Shown here: piece by piece, positions 1 through 7,963 of the stretch
Layout: each line of letters opens with the position of its first letter
Numbering within the stretch: position 1 is the stretch's first letter
Source of the DNA: an uncultured virus (IMG/VR IMGVR_UViG_3300032562_000011)
Lineage: Duplodnaviria > Heunggongvirae > Uroviricota > Caudoviricetes
Virus record (IMG/VR): IMGVR_UViG_3300032562_000011
Direction: 5' to 3' (one strand)
Length of the DNA stretch: 64,000 nucleotides
The notes under the pieces: generated by a model
What the model was told of the DNA's origin: nothing
The model's input: the letters and a program-made list of their open reading frames with translations, nothing else
The model's database searches: none
Position numbers and translations under genes: made by a program

Positions 1-5
1 TTGTG

Positions 6-64
6 TTGGTTATGCTATGTAGCATAACCAAATGCTTTTTTCAAGCAACATTGCTTGAAAAAAG
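6..64. repeat. two adjacent perfect inverted repeats (12 bp and 14 bp arms, 2-nt loops)
   Basis: TTGGTTATGCTA-tg-TAGCATAACCAA (6-31) and CTTTTTTCAAGCAA-ca-TTGCTTGAAAAAAG (35-64). Confidence 0.9.
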
Positions 65-106
65 ATAAGTTGTACCTCGCTCGCTCGGCCCAACACAAAC
101 ATTCTC

Positions 107-124
107 TATAACAATTTCGTTATA
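107..124. promoter_or_regulatory. operator-like palindrome TATAAC-N6-GTTATA
   Basis: TATAACaatttcGTTATA; near-identical copy at 1618-1635. Confidence 0.55.
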
Positions 125-129
125 AATAG

Positions 130-162
130 TTATCCACAGGCTGTGGATAAGCCTGTGGATAA
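130..162. promoter_or_regulatory. cluster of three perfect DnaA boxes
   Basis: TTATCCACA at 130-138 (+); TGTGGATAA at 142-150 and 154-162 (-). Confidence 0.7.
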
Positions 163-245
163 GTCCCCGTACCTAGGAGCCTAGGGCTATCGCGGCGGGA
201 TAGCGCGCCTCCCTAAGGAGCAAGTCTAAGAGCGATAGTCTTATG

Positions 246-449
246 TCATAGGAACCATTCTTTCTTTCTCGGCTTGGCGTCAGGCTTCTGTCCCTGGCTG
301 GTCAGGTGGTAGGAGCCACACACCCCACAGAAATAGGAGGCGCATGGCTTCTTTCTATTAGATTTCCAATTAGTGCGCCAAATACTATCTAGCGCGCGTT
401 CCGCATCTAACTTAGTGCGGAACCGCTTCTTCTCCGTACACTTCGCCAT
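246..449 (-). CDS. small zinc-ribbon phage protein
   Basis: YFCGVCGSYHLTS motif; translationally coupled to upstream ORF. Confidence 0.7.
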   Translation of the reverse strand: MAKCTEKKRFRTKLDAERALDSIWRTNWKSNRKKPCASYFCGVCGSYHLTSQGQKPDAKPRKKEWFL

Positions 450-670
450 TACTGGAACCTAAGTCCGTTAATGGTCTGACCGTCCTCACAACCTTGACAA
501 ATTCCTTGGTAAGTCTCTGATACGAGCCGTCCGCAAGAGCCACATTCGTGGCAATCACAGCCCTCGTTAGTATCTGTGTCACAAGACTCGCAGAGTTCAG
601 GCTCGGCTGGCGGTAACGCTGGCGGTGTAAAGTCGAATTCAAGTTGTGTCCATTCTCCGTTGGTAGTCAT
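449..670 (-). CDS. Cys-rich hypothetical protein
   Basis: several CxxC motifs; overlapping start/stop with neighbours. Confidence 0.6.
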   Translation of the reverse strand: MTTNGEWTQLEFDFTPPALPPAEPELCESCDTDTNEGCDCHECGSCGRLVSETYQGICQGCEDGQTINGLRFQ

Positions 671-873
671 TAGTAAGTTTCCTTTCCTAGGTGATAGTTT
701 TTATAGCGTAGTTCTTTAACCTCAGGCAAGTAGTAGAAATTGTCTATGGCGCTCGCCTCTTCGCCACCCCCACAGAAACAATCTGTGAGGGGAAATCCGC
801 AAGTATTACAGAGCATTAGTACCCCCCTAGTTCCGACAATGAAGGCTAAAACTACCGCACTCAAAGCACTCAA
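670..873 (-). CDS. hypothetical protein
   Basis: CxxC..CxC motif; coupled ORF. Confidence 0.5.
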   Translation of the reverse strand: MSALSAVVLAFIVGTRGVLMLCNTCGFPLTDCFCGGGEEASAIDNFYYLPEVKELRYKNYHLGKETY

Positions 874-971
874 ATACGGACGTGTAGTCGTGCTCGCCGT
901 ATTCGTTGAGTAATTCGTGGATGATTACCTCATTGTTACAGCATACAGAGCCTATTGGTTGTGACATTACA

Positions 972-1169
972 TTACTTCCATTCCGTTTGGCAGACAGTTA
1001 CGTCTAGCGAGTGGGTACAGCGCACCTTCTTGGTGTGCTGGTCAAGATAGTGAGCGCCCTCATAGGTAGCGCCCAATACGGCTAGGAGAAGGGCGCCCCA
1101 AAAGAGCGCCCTCACCCCCGTCCTCACGAGGAGATAAGCCTTAGAGCGAGGCACTGAGCCACTCCTCAT
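972..1169 (-). CDS. small membrane protein
   Basis: one hydrophobic helix (ALFWGALLLAVLGA). Confidence 0.6.
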   Translation of the reverse strand: MRSGSVPRSKAYLLVRTGVRALFWGALLLAVLGATYEGAHYLDQHTKKVRCTHSLDVTVCQTEWK

Positions 1170-1521
1170 CCTCGCGCGCTACCTCAAATTGAGCGATAGC
1201 GCTACCCTCATCCACCTCAACTACGCGCTTGCGCCTATCGTACACAGCGGATACTGCTTGCCCTTTGCTGGCTTCAAGTTCGGCGCGGAATAGTGCGCTA
1301 GCGGTTAGCGCGTGTAGTTCGTCATTATTGGTAGTGATAGGCGCGCGTAACGCCTTATCTATTGAACCAATGTGAAGGCGCAACTCCTCTAGTTGCTCAT
1401 GGGATAGGAATAGAGTGGTATCTAAGCCGTCACCCACTACGCTTAGGGAGACATAATCCTCACGAATAGATGTAGAGAACACTGCGACCTCACGGCTGAG
1501 GTGAACATCAACTGATGACAT
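1141..1521 (-). CDS. hypothetical protein
   Basis: 126 aa ORF heading the minus-strand block. Confidence 0.6.
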   Translation of the reverse strand: MSSVDVHLSREVAVFSTSIREDYVSLSVVGDGLDTTLFLSHEQLEELRLHIGSIDKALRAPITTNNDELHALTASALFRAELEASKGQAVSAVYDRRKRVVEVDEGSAIAQFEVAREDEEWLSASL

Positions 1522-1617
1522 AATCTGACCTTATCTGCTAGGGCTAGCGGTGTGCTTGCCATTAGGAGAATTCAATCAGATACGCATAGAGAGCGCAAGC
1601 CACAGCCCCCTATTCTG

Positions 1618-1673
1618 TATAACACTTTCGTTATAAACCTTTATAACAATTTGTTACATAACAAATTGTTATA
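1618..1673. promoter_or_regulatory. operator-like palindrome cluster
   Basis: TATAAC-N6-GTTATA at 1618-1635 and perfect 15-bp IR TATAACAATTTGTTA-ca-TAACAAATTGTTATA at 1642-1673, in the divergent intergenic region. Confidence 0.6.
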
Positions 1674-1832
1674 CAGCTACCTCTCAGGCTCCTCTCAGAC
1701 ACCCCCCAGAGTTAATTCAGGAACCTCTCAGGAAAGGGGCCAGGTGAAATTCGCAGGTATCACTTATATGGGGGAGGCAGTAGCCTAAGGTTGCAGAGGT
1801 TGCATAGGTTGCGTTTATGATAATGTGCGGTT

Positions 1833-2018
1833 ATGGATAGAAAACAGCAGCTGGACGAAGCGCTTGCGCTTATTGAGCGGAATTTCGGCAGGGGTAATCT
1901 GATTAAGGATACTCGGGTTGAGCGGGGTGTTATCTGTGCATCCTGCGGGAAACGATGTAGCAGCTGTCGCTGCGGGTGCAGTTACTGCTGGGGAAACCAG
2001 AACCGTATTTACTATTAG
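1833..2018 (+). CDS. small Cys-rich protein, leaderless; N-terminus resembles the RecA N-terminal helix
   Basis: TAATGT 6 nt before ATG; MDRKQQLDEALALIERNFGRGNL; Cys-rich C-terminus. Confidence 0.6.
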   Translation: MDRKQQLDEALALIERNFGRGNLIKDTRVERGVICASCGKRCSSCRCGCSYCWGNQNRIYY

Positions 2019-2131
2019 ATTATGGCCGAGGTTGCGGATTTTGCAGAGTTAGCGAAGATATTCGATTTGACAAATTCCGAATTTCGGAAGTGGCCTGAGT
2101 ACCTTCATCGCGCTTATGATAGGGTGCGGTT

Positions 2132-2308
2132 ATGACTACATTAACCCTAGAACAACTCGAAGCCCGTTTAAACATCATTACTGAGCTAAAGAACACGGAG
2201 TACAGTAAGAATTTTCCAGATGTGGACATCCTGTATAGGTTATCCACTGAGGCCTACGCCATTGAGGACAAGCTGCGCGAAAGTGGTTATTACTCAGACA
2301 AAAACTGA
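2132..2308 (+). CDS. hypothetical protein (58 aa, leaderless)
   Basis: TAGGGT-gcggtt-ATG, same upstream motif as 1833. Confidence 0.6.
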   Translation: MTTLTLEQLEARLNIITELKNTEYSKNFPDVDILYRLSTEAYAIEDKLRESGYYSDKN

Positions 2309-2488
2309 CTTGAACGCATTCATTGCGTTTATGCTAGTATTCGGATACGACTGGTTCCCGAGTACGAATTAAGGACTTAAAGCTTACAACGGGGTCGTAA
2401 CCGTATGTAACACCAGTTGCCTGCCAGTACCGCCGATAATGTCGCTCAAGCGATTTTCCTGTTGATGGATAGGTGGTACTGCGCTTAT

Positions 2489-2560
2489 TGGTCGTTAGCT
2501 CAGTGGCAGAGCGCCCTACCTATAATCGGGAGGCCCCTGGTTCGATTCCAGGATGACCAA
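2489..2560 (+). tRNA. trnI: tRNA-Ile (anticodon UAU)
   Basis: cloverleaf: acceptor TGGTCGT/ATGACCA, D arm GCTC/GAGC, anticodon arm CCCTA-CCTATAA-TCGGG, T arm CCTGG-TTCGATT-CCAGG; discriminator A; no encoded CCA. Confidence 0.85.
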
Positions 2561-2644
2561 CCGCTGTGACGCAATCGCGCGGAACAGGTAGGTTTTTCCA
2601 TAAACACAGGTGTAATACAGCCCCGCGTTGCGAAAAGAGGAGAA

Positions 2645-2749
2645 ATGCTAGTTAAGGTCTGTTTAGTCTGGCTAGTAACCATTGATACCCTTGCAATCCT
2701 ATTTGGGCTCTACGGGTACACCTCAGCCAAGATATGGGGTAAGAAGTAA
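2645..2749 (+). CDS. 34-aa hydrophobic peptide
   Basis: GAGGAG SD; MLVKVCLVWLVTIDTLAILFGLYGYTSAKIWGKK. Confidence 0.5.
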   Translation: MLVKVCLVWLVTIDTLAILFGLYGYTSAKIWGKK

Positions 2750-2812
2750 CGCTGAGTAACAACTCTCAGGTATATGTTGTCTTCTCCCGCTATATGGTGA
2801 ATAATTAAGAAC

Positions 2813-3166
2813 ATGAGTAATCGCGCTAAGAAAGTAAAGCCAGTAAAACCCTTTAAGGGCAAGAAGCCTCACGCTCGCGCTCAGTCGGGTACATCTAATG
2901 TTCCTACTATAGAGAAAGACTCTATGGGAAGAGTTCGTTCTGAAGAGAATAGAGCGAAGATAGAGGAAGAAACCCTGGCGGATAGAGCTCAAGCAGCCCA
3001 TAAGCTGGCTACGCGTACTCTAGGCACCAACGAGCTAGCCGCTTTGATGCAAGAGGCTCCTGGCGGAGCTCTACCTGACCAGATTAGAGTGCATTCCCGT
3101 CAGTTTAAGAAGTTTGTTAATGACGCTCCTGATGCGGGCGCAACCCGTGAATCGGGTGTAATGTAG
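2813..3166 (+). CDS. hypothetical basic protein
   Basis: 117 aa ORF; TTGTCT-N17-AATAAT promoter directly upstream. Confidence 0.65.
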   Translation: MSNRAKKVKPVKPFKGKKPHARAQSGTSNVPTIEKDSMGRVRSEENRAKIEEETLADRAQAAHKLATRTLGTNELAALMQEAPGGALPDQIRVHSRQFKKFVNDAPDAGATRESGVM

Positions 3167-3245
3167 TCAACACGCCCTAATGTAGGTTGCGTTTTACATT
3201 CTATGGGTGTAGTGTTCGGTTCCTAGTAACAATAAAGGAGTCGAA

Positions 3246-3326
3246 GTGAAAGCATTCATTGGAATAGGTATATACCTAGTTTTAGTCTCCCTAGCCCTTG
3301 CCTTTAATCATGGCGCACACAAATGA
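3246..3326 (+). CDS. 26-aa hydrophobic peptide
   Basis: AAGGAG SD, GTG start, ATGA overlap with next gene. Confidence 0.5.
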   Translation: MKAFIGIGIYLVLVSLALAFNHGAHK

Positions 3327-3595
3327 CCGACCTAGAGATTGTCCAAGAGGCGCAGAAGCGGGTTAAAGCGCAGATAAAAAATTATGAAGAAATAAATAGA
3401 TTGATAGGTGGCCTTGTTTTTAGGTTACCAAATTACAACTCATGGCTCGCCCATAAAGCGTTCTTTGAGAGGCATAAGCGACTTGAAACAAATGTGGGTG
3501 ATTTGTGTGAGATTTGCGAGTATTCAGAATACAGAGCGTCTTATCCCTGCCCTGAATCAGTAGCACAAGCCAAAGCGATTATGGGGGTGGAGTAA
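3323..3595 (+). CDS. phage protein, HK..CxxC..YPCP family (paralog 1)
   Basis: ERHK...CEIC...YPCP. Confidence 0.65.
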   Translation: MTDLEIVQEAQKRVKAQIKNYEEINRLIGGLVFRLPNYNSWLAHKAFFERHKRLETNVGDLCEICEYSEYRASYPCPESVAQAKAIMGVE

Positions 3596-3695
3596 TGTTA
3601 GAGACAGCCGTAACTCTGGCGATAATCGGTATGAATTTGTTTGGAATATATGTAGGGGTTCAAATTGGCAGATATTTATGGAATAGAGAGAACAA

Positions 3696-3947
3696 ATGAA
3701 ACACACTACCGCTGAATACTTAGCGTGGATTGATAACAAGTTGGCAATTCTTACTGAGATTGAAAATACAACTTTAGTAATGCCAATGGAAGTTATCGCC
3801 CGCGCCTCCCTCCTAGCCAACCGAGATGTGTTGGAGAGGCATAAGCCGATTCCGTATAACGATGGCTCAACTTTTTGTCGGGCTTGTAATGGCGTTCCCT
3901 GCCCTACCTACCTAGACATAGCCCAACGATTAGACGAGGTGATGTAG
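3696..3947 (+). CDS. phage protein, HK..CxxC..PCP family (paralog 2)
   Basis: ERHKP...CRAC..PCPT. Confidence 0.65.
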   Translation: MKHTTAEYLAWIDNKLAILTEIENTTLVMPMEVIARASLLANRDVLERHKPIPYNDGSTFCRACNGVPCPTYLDIAQRLDEVM

Positions 3948-4063
3948 GTGAAGTGTTGCGACAGACCATCCAAATGCAAGCACCCATTCTCTCTACTGAC
4001 TTATGAACAATTTTCTAAACAATTAGCAGGAAGTAATTGGATACAACAAAGCGAGGTGGAGAA

Positions 4064-4489
4064 GTGAGTGAAGAAACCGCAACTAAGACCTACATGACTA
4101 CAAAGCAATTCATAGAAGTATGGAAGTCGCTTGATGATGACAAGCGCAAAGAATTATCAGCCGCTTGGTACAACGCTCTGGACACCGCTTGGTACACCGC
4201 TTGGGGCACCGCTCGCGCCGCCGCTTTGCGCACTGCTTGGTACAACGATTGGTACAACGATTGGTACAACGATTGGCACAAAGATTGGTACAACGATTGG
4301 TACAACGCTTGGGACACCGCTTGGAACAACGCTTGGAACTCCGTTCGGGACGCCAACCTCGCTGTTCTTGTACGCGACAAAATCACAACTAAACAATTCG
4401 AGATACTGACTCAACCATGGACATCATGCCAGCTCTCACTATTTGCAGAGGATTGGCAGCGACTACAACAAAGTGAGGTGGAGAAGTGA
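4064..4489 (+). CDS. Trp-periodic tetrapeptide repeat protein
   Basis: W-Y-N-D/A repeats; probable GTG start at 4064 after GAGGTGGAG. Confidence 0.65.
   Translation: MSEETATKTYMTTKQFIEVWKSLDDDKRKELSAAWYNALDTAWYTAWGTARAAALRTAWYNDWYNDWYNDWHKDWYNDWYNAWDTAWNNAWNSVRDANLAVLVRDKITTKQFEILTQPWTSCQLSLFAEDWQRLQQSEVEK
4161..4340 (+). repeat. 12-nt tandem repeat (TGGTACAACGAT variants)
   Basis: visible directly, cleanest at 4238-4308. Confidence 0.9.
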
Positions 4490-4740
4490 TGGATAGCAAA
4501 CAATTCCTAGAAGTCGTTGAGAAATACAAGGCAGGATTTATCACTTTGCCCGATGTCATGGAATCTCTAGCCGTTTATACCTTTGGTGAAGTTGAAAAAC
4601 ATGGCGAGCAGATAGCGCGGGAGATTGAGGATTACGCTGAAAAGAATCATCCAAAGCATAAATCAAACATTCTGTGCCAAAGGTGTGACATCACTGCGGC
4701 TTATCGCAATGCCGCCAAAATCGCTAGGGGTGAGAAGTAA
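4486..4740 (+). CDS. hypothetical protein (EQIAREIE...AIARG family)
   Basis: shares motifs with 4808-5257. Confidence 0.6.
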   Translation: MMDSKQFLEVVEKYKAGFITLPDVMESLAVYTFGEVEKHGEQIAREIEDYAEKNHPKHKSNILCQRCDITAAYRNAAKIARGEK

Positions 4741-4807
4741 CATGAAACATACTCAACAGATATGTTTGGTAGTAATCCTATACATCCCCAACTGGGGTGT
4801 ATAGGAA

Positions 4808-5257
4808 ATGAACCTAACTAAGCGAATCCTCAGCGATGAGGAAGCAAATTCGTTTTCAACAAAGCGAGGTGGAGAAGTGAGTTACCTAAAAGATTTGCCC
4901 TGTGCGGGTTGTGGAACTGAAAGCACTTACTACTTCCCCGATAAACCAACGGCGCATTATTGCTATTGTGAGTTTCGGCATGAGATTGGCGAGCAGATAG
5001 CGCGGGAGATTGAGGCAGATAAAGTCGCTTGCCTAGCGGCTAGAGTCAAAACCAAATACATAGGTAGAAAATTTGAGTATAACCCCGTAGATACGGACAA
5101 AGAACGCGGTTTGGTAAAAATGGCGTACGACAAGTCGGCCGCTATCGCTAGGGGGCAAGATGAATTTCCATTGGTTTTAGATGGAAGAAATGATGGAAGC
5201 GTTATCCATGCAGAAGATGTGCGAAAAACTGCTCGTGAATGGAGGCGTGAAAAATGA
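4808..5257 (+). CDS. hypothetical protein, probably chimeric
   Basis: contains the boundary repeat at 4857-4882 and EQIAREIE/AIARG motifs. Confidence 0.55.
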   Translation: MNLTKRILSDEEANSFSTKRGGEVSYLKDLPCAGCGTESTYYFPDKPTAHYCYCEFRHEIGEQIAREIEADKVACLAARVKTKYIGRKFEYNPVDTDKERGLVKMAYDKSAAIARGQDEFPLVLDGRNDGSVIHAEDVRKTAREWRREK

Positions 5258-5348
5258 AGGGCTTATTTATGCCAATGGACGGTGCTACTTGGTGGTTAGA
5301 AAGTGAACAAGTTAGAGCCAAAGCCACCGCTATCGCTAGGGGTGAGAA

Positions 5349-5582
5349 ATGAAAAATACTCCTAAATGGTTTACCTTTTTTATGATTGTGCTACCTATCC
5401 TTTTCGTGTGGTTCGTAGTTCATGCAGCAACATCTGATAATCTTAAAGAGCCTACTGACCCACGATTGGGAACGGTATCTATTCCAAATACGCTTATATA
5501 TAAAATTTGCGATGGAACAACACTTGTCTATTCAAAAGGCGGGGTAGTAGTTAATAGTCCAGAATGTGAGCCAAAGAAATGA
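5349..5582 (+). CDS. small membrane-anchored protein
   Basis: N-terminal TM helix; KICDGTTLVY...NSPEC. Confidence 0.65.
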   Translation: MKNTPKWFTFFMIVLPILFVWFVVHAATSDNLKEPTDPRLGTVSIPNTLIYKICDGTTLVYSKGGVVVNSPECEPKK

Positions 5583-5836
5583 GATTAACGCTTAAAAAGA
5601 ACCGAATCGCAAAAAATACTTGCATAAATAGTTATGACATTATGGGATTCAAAGGTTTGGGTACTTGGTTTAATGCTTATGGAGTTAGTTACATTGGCAC
5701 ATTAGATGATTATGATAAACTGCTTAAAACCAATGATTTAACTCCGTTTAATTTGATACAAGACTTTAACTTTTTGGGTAGATTTCACATAGACAATTTA
5801 TCAACCAAGTTTGGGAAGTGGGTAGATACAGAGTGA
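5579..5836 (+). CDS. hypothetical protein
   Basis: coupled ORF, AT-rich. Confidence 0.55.
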   Translation: MRLTLKKNRIAKNTCINSYDIMGFKGLGTWFNAYGVSYIGTLDDYDKLLKTNDLTPFNLIQDFNFLGRFHIDNLSTKFGKWVDTE

Positions 5837-6084
5837 CCCACGATGAATTGCTGGCAAAGATAGACTCAATGGAAATGCGCTACAAGAACGAGGAACCAAG
5901 AAGAAATGCCCTTCGTGCAGTAGTTGAATTGCATAAGCCAGAACCACGATTAGATGAAACGCTAATACGAAAAAAAGTAATGGTTTGCGGGCATTGTTGG
6001 TTTAATAAAATCACTTGGGAACAGGCTTACCGTTATTCGTATCCCTGCCCCACTATTCAAGCAATTGAGAAGGAGTTGATGTGA
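5818..6084 (+). CDS. phage protein, HKP..CxxC..YPCP family (paralog 3)
   Basis: ELHKP...CGHC...YPCPTIQAI; true start probably GTG 5833. Confidence 0.65.
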   Translation: MGRYRVTHDELLAKIDSMEMRYKNEEPRRNALRAVVELHKPEPRLDETLIRKKVMVCGHCWFNKITWEQAYRYSYPCPTIQAIEKELM

Positions 6085-6350
6085 AAAAGATGAAAGAACC
6101 GCCTATCGGTTCAGTACTACTAGATGGCTTTGCCTGTGCATGGCAACGTGCGCCGTATGGCTGGAGCATCTGTGGGTCAGATGGCTCATGGTCATACACA
6201 TGGAAAGAGTTGTTAAAAGACCTTTACCCACAAGATAGAGAACACCTACAAAAGACTGCTATCTGGGCTGAAGCAACTAAAGATGTGGGTCAACTTCCCC
6301 GTATCATATTTGTCCCAGGAGAAGAGTTAATTGAGGAGGATGAGGAATGA
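6081..6350 (+). CDS. hypothetical protein
   Basis: EPPIGSVLLD..AWQR motif; SD upstream. Confidence 0.6.
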   Translation: MKKMKEPPIGSVLLDGFACAWQRAPYGWSICGSDGSWSYTWKELLKDLYPQDREHLQKTAIWAEATKDVGQLPRIIFVPGEELIEEDEE

Positions 6351-6467
6351 TTCATTGTTACTCCTGCGGGGGAAGTTTTAGCGCGAATACAGGCGTTGAT
6401 TTGGATAAGTGCATATTCTGCGATAGCGTGGACTTTGTAAAAGATACTACTAAAGGGGGTTCGGATA

Positions 6468-6956
6468 ATGGTTGAGGTAAAAGAAGCACGTCAGGTATAT
6501 GAGGCCAAGCTGGGTACGCTTAGCTTTACCCGCGGTAAGTTTGATGATTGGTGCGTCCACGTAGACGGTCACTATGTACCGCGCTTTCCTAAAGACGACT
6601 GGTACTTTATGAAGCTTCAAACCTTCAAAGAGGACATGGGAGACGCCGTATACGAGGACTTTAAGACTCTATACAGTGTAACTCGTAAAGATGTAGAACA
6701 GGACGTCTTTGACTGGATTAAGGCTAGAAGCGCTAGTTACCCTAACCCGCATGAGTTTGAGGTCGTATTCGCGGTTCTATACCTAACTATGATTGCAGAA
6801 GAGAATAAAGAGGGTGCTATTCTCAAAAAGCGCATTAAGCGCTTAGGGGTACACCAAGTACTCGTAGAAGGTATGCACTTCAAAGAGGCCGCTAACTGGT
6901 CTCGCGGTAAGCCTTCAATCGTCATAGCCAAGGAGTGTCACGCTAGGGGGTTTTAA
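6468..6956 (+). CDS. hypothetical protein
   Basis: 162 aa; GKFDDWCV and AEENK..LKKRIKRLGVHQ look like conserved motifs; family not identified. Confidence 0.7.
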   Translation: MVEVKEARQVYEAKLGTLSFTRGKFDDWCVHVDGHYVPRFPKDDWYFMKLQTFKEDMGDAVYEDFKTLYSVTRKDVEQDVFDWIKARSASYPNPHEFEVVFAVLYLTMIAEENKEGAILKKRIKRLGVHQVLVEGMHFKEAANWSRGKPSIVIAKECHARGF

Positions 6957-6992
6957 CTCCCTAGCGCTTTACTATTTTGTCATAATTGCGGT

Positions 6993-7706
6993 ATGCCTGA
7001 AAACCGTAAAGATACCTTTATCAACAGCCTTGGACTTAAAGGCATGGTCCAAAACGCACGTCTTCGCCCTGAAGGTCCTGGGCAGATTCCATGGGCTAGA
7101 AACTATGACGTGGGAAGCCCTGAAGAGTTAGAGCGCGGGACTACAGGTAACTTTGGGCGCTTATTGGGCACTACGCACACACCAGAGTCTAGTCAATTTG
7201 AAGAGCTAACTAAAGGTCAACAGCAGTTGCCCTTGTGGCAAGAAGGACCCGCCACTGTGGCTATGCACTTCGGTAACTCAGGGCCTAGAACATCTTCAGC
7301 CGCATTAGGACAAATGATTGAAGACGCACGTAAGATTACTGGACAAAATCCAGTTCAAGACGAAGAGCGCTCAAGTTATGGAGACGCTGCTGCTAAAAGT
7401 CTTGGCGTAAAAACTGATGGAGTTACCTGGCAAGGAGAAAGCCCAGAGCACACCGACTGGAGAGTACTTACGAATCGGTCCAACATAAGGGAACGTCGTG
7501 ATGACCCAGGCAGTAAGTATACTTTTGAAGATATTGCCCCCGAAGAGCTAGATAAAGGGTTTAATACCGTTATGCGCGCTAGAGCCGAGGCTAAAGGTAA
7601 GAACGGCGCAGTACAAGTAAAACCCCCAACGGATAACACTATCCAAAGACACTTACCACCTCATCAGTTCCTAGGAATGCCCGCGGTTCAGAAAACTCTA
7701 TTCTAA
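6993..7706 (+). CDS. hypothetical protein, divergent GNAT-like paralog 1
   Basis: leaderless CATAAT-N6-ATG; motif shared with 7964 and 8447. Confidence 0.65.
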   Translation: MPENRKDTFINSLGLKGMVQNARLRPEGPGQIPWARNYDVGSPEELERGTTGNFGRLLGTTHTPESSQFEELTKGQQQLPLWQEGPATVAMHFGNSGPRTSSAALGQMIEDARKITGQNPVQDEERSSYGDAAAKSLGVKTDGVTWQGESPEHTDWRVLTNRSNIRERRDDPGSKYTFEDIAPEELDKGFNTVMRARAEAKGKNGAVQVKPPTDNTIQRHLPPHQFLGMPAVQKTLF

Positions 7707-7939
7707 TGAGATTTAGCACGTGGTTGTTTGAACAGTTAGAGGATGTTGGGCCATTCTCCAAGATTGCAAAGATTTGCTGGGATGACGTTAACAATGGATG
7801 CGGAGTAGCAACTTTCACAGCATCTCAATGGGCTGACCACTTTATATTAAAACACCCTGTGAAATCGCGCTTACTAGTAGAGATGCTCTTCACCGCAAAC
7901 GATGAGTTCACTACATATAGACGAAAACTTGACGCCTGA
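7706..7939 (+). CDS. hypothetical protein (possibly YozE-like helical)
   Basis: MRFSTWLFEQ start; coupled ORF. Confidence 0.5.
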   Translation: MRFSTWLFEQLEDVGPFSKIAKICWDDVNNGCGVATFTASQWADHFILKHPVKSRLLVEMLFTANDEFTTYRRKLDA

Positions 7940-7963
7940 CACAAGAGCTTGTAGAGTTCTGCC

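Noticed and set aside
1552..1788. 78-aa ORF
   Set aside because: Runs through the palindromic regulatory region with no convincing start signal.
2240..2248. additional DnaA box TTATCCACT
   Set aside because: Single mismatched copy inside a coding region.
2500..2682. 60-aa minus-strand ORF
   Set aside because: Antisense to the tRNA.
4161..4340. CRISPR array or DGR variable repeat
   Set aside because: No spacers, no cas or reverse transcriptase gene in the window; it is an in-frame coding 12-mer repeat.
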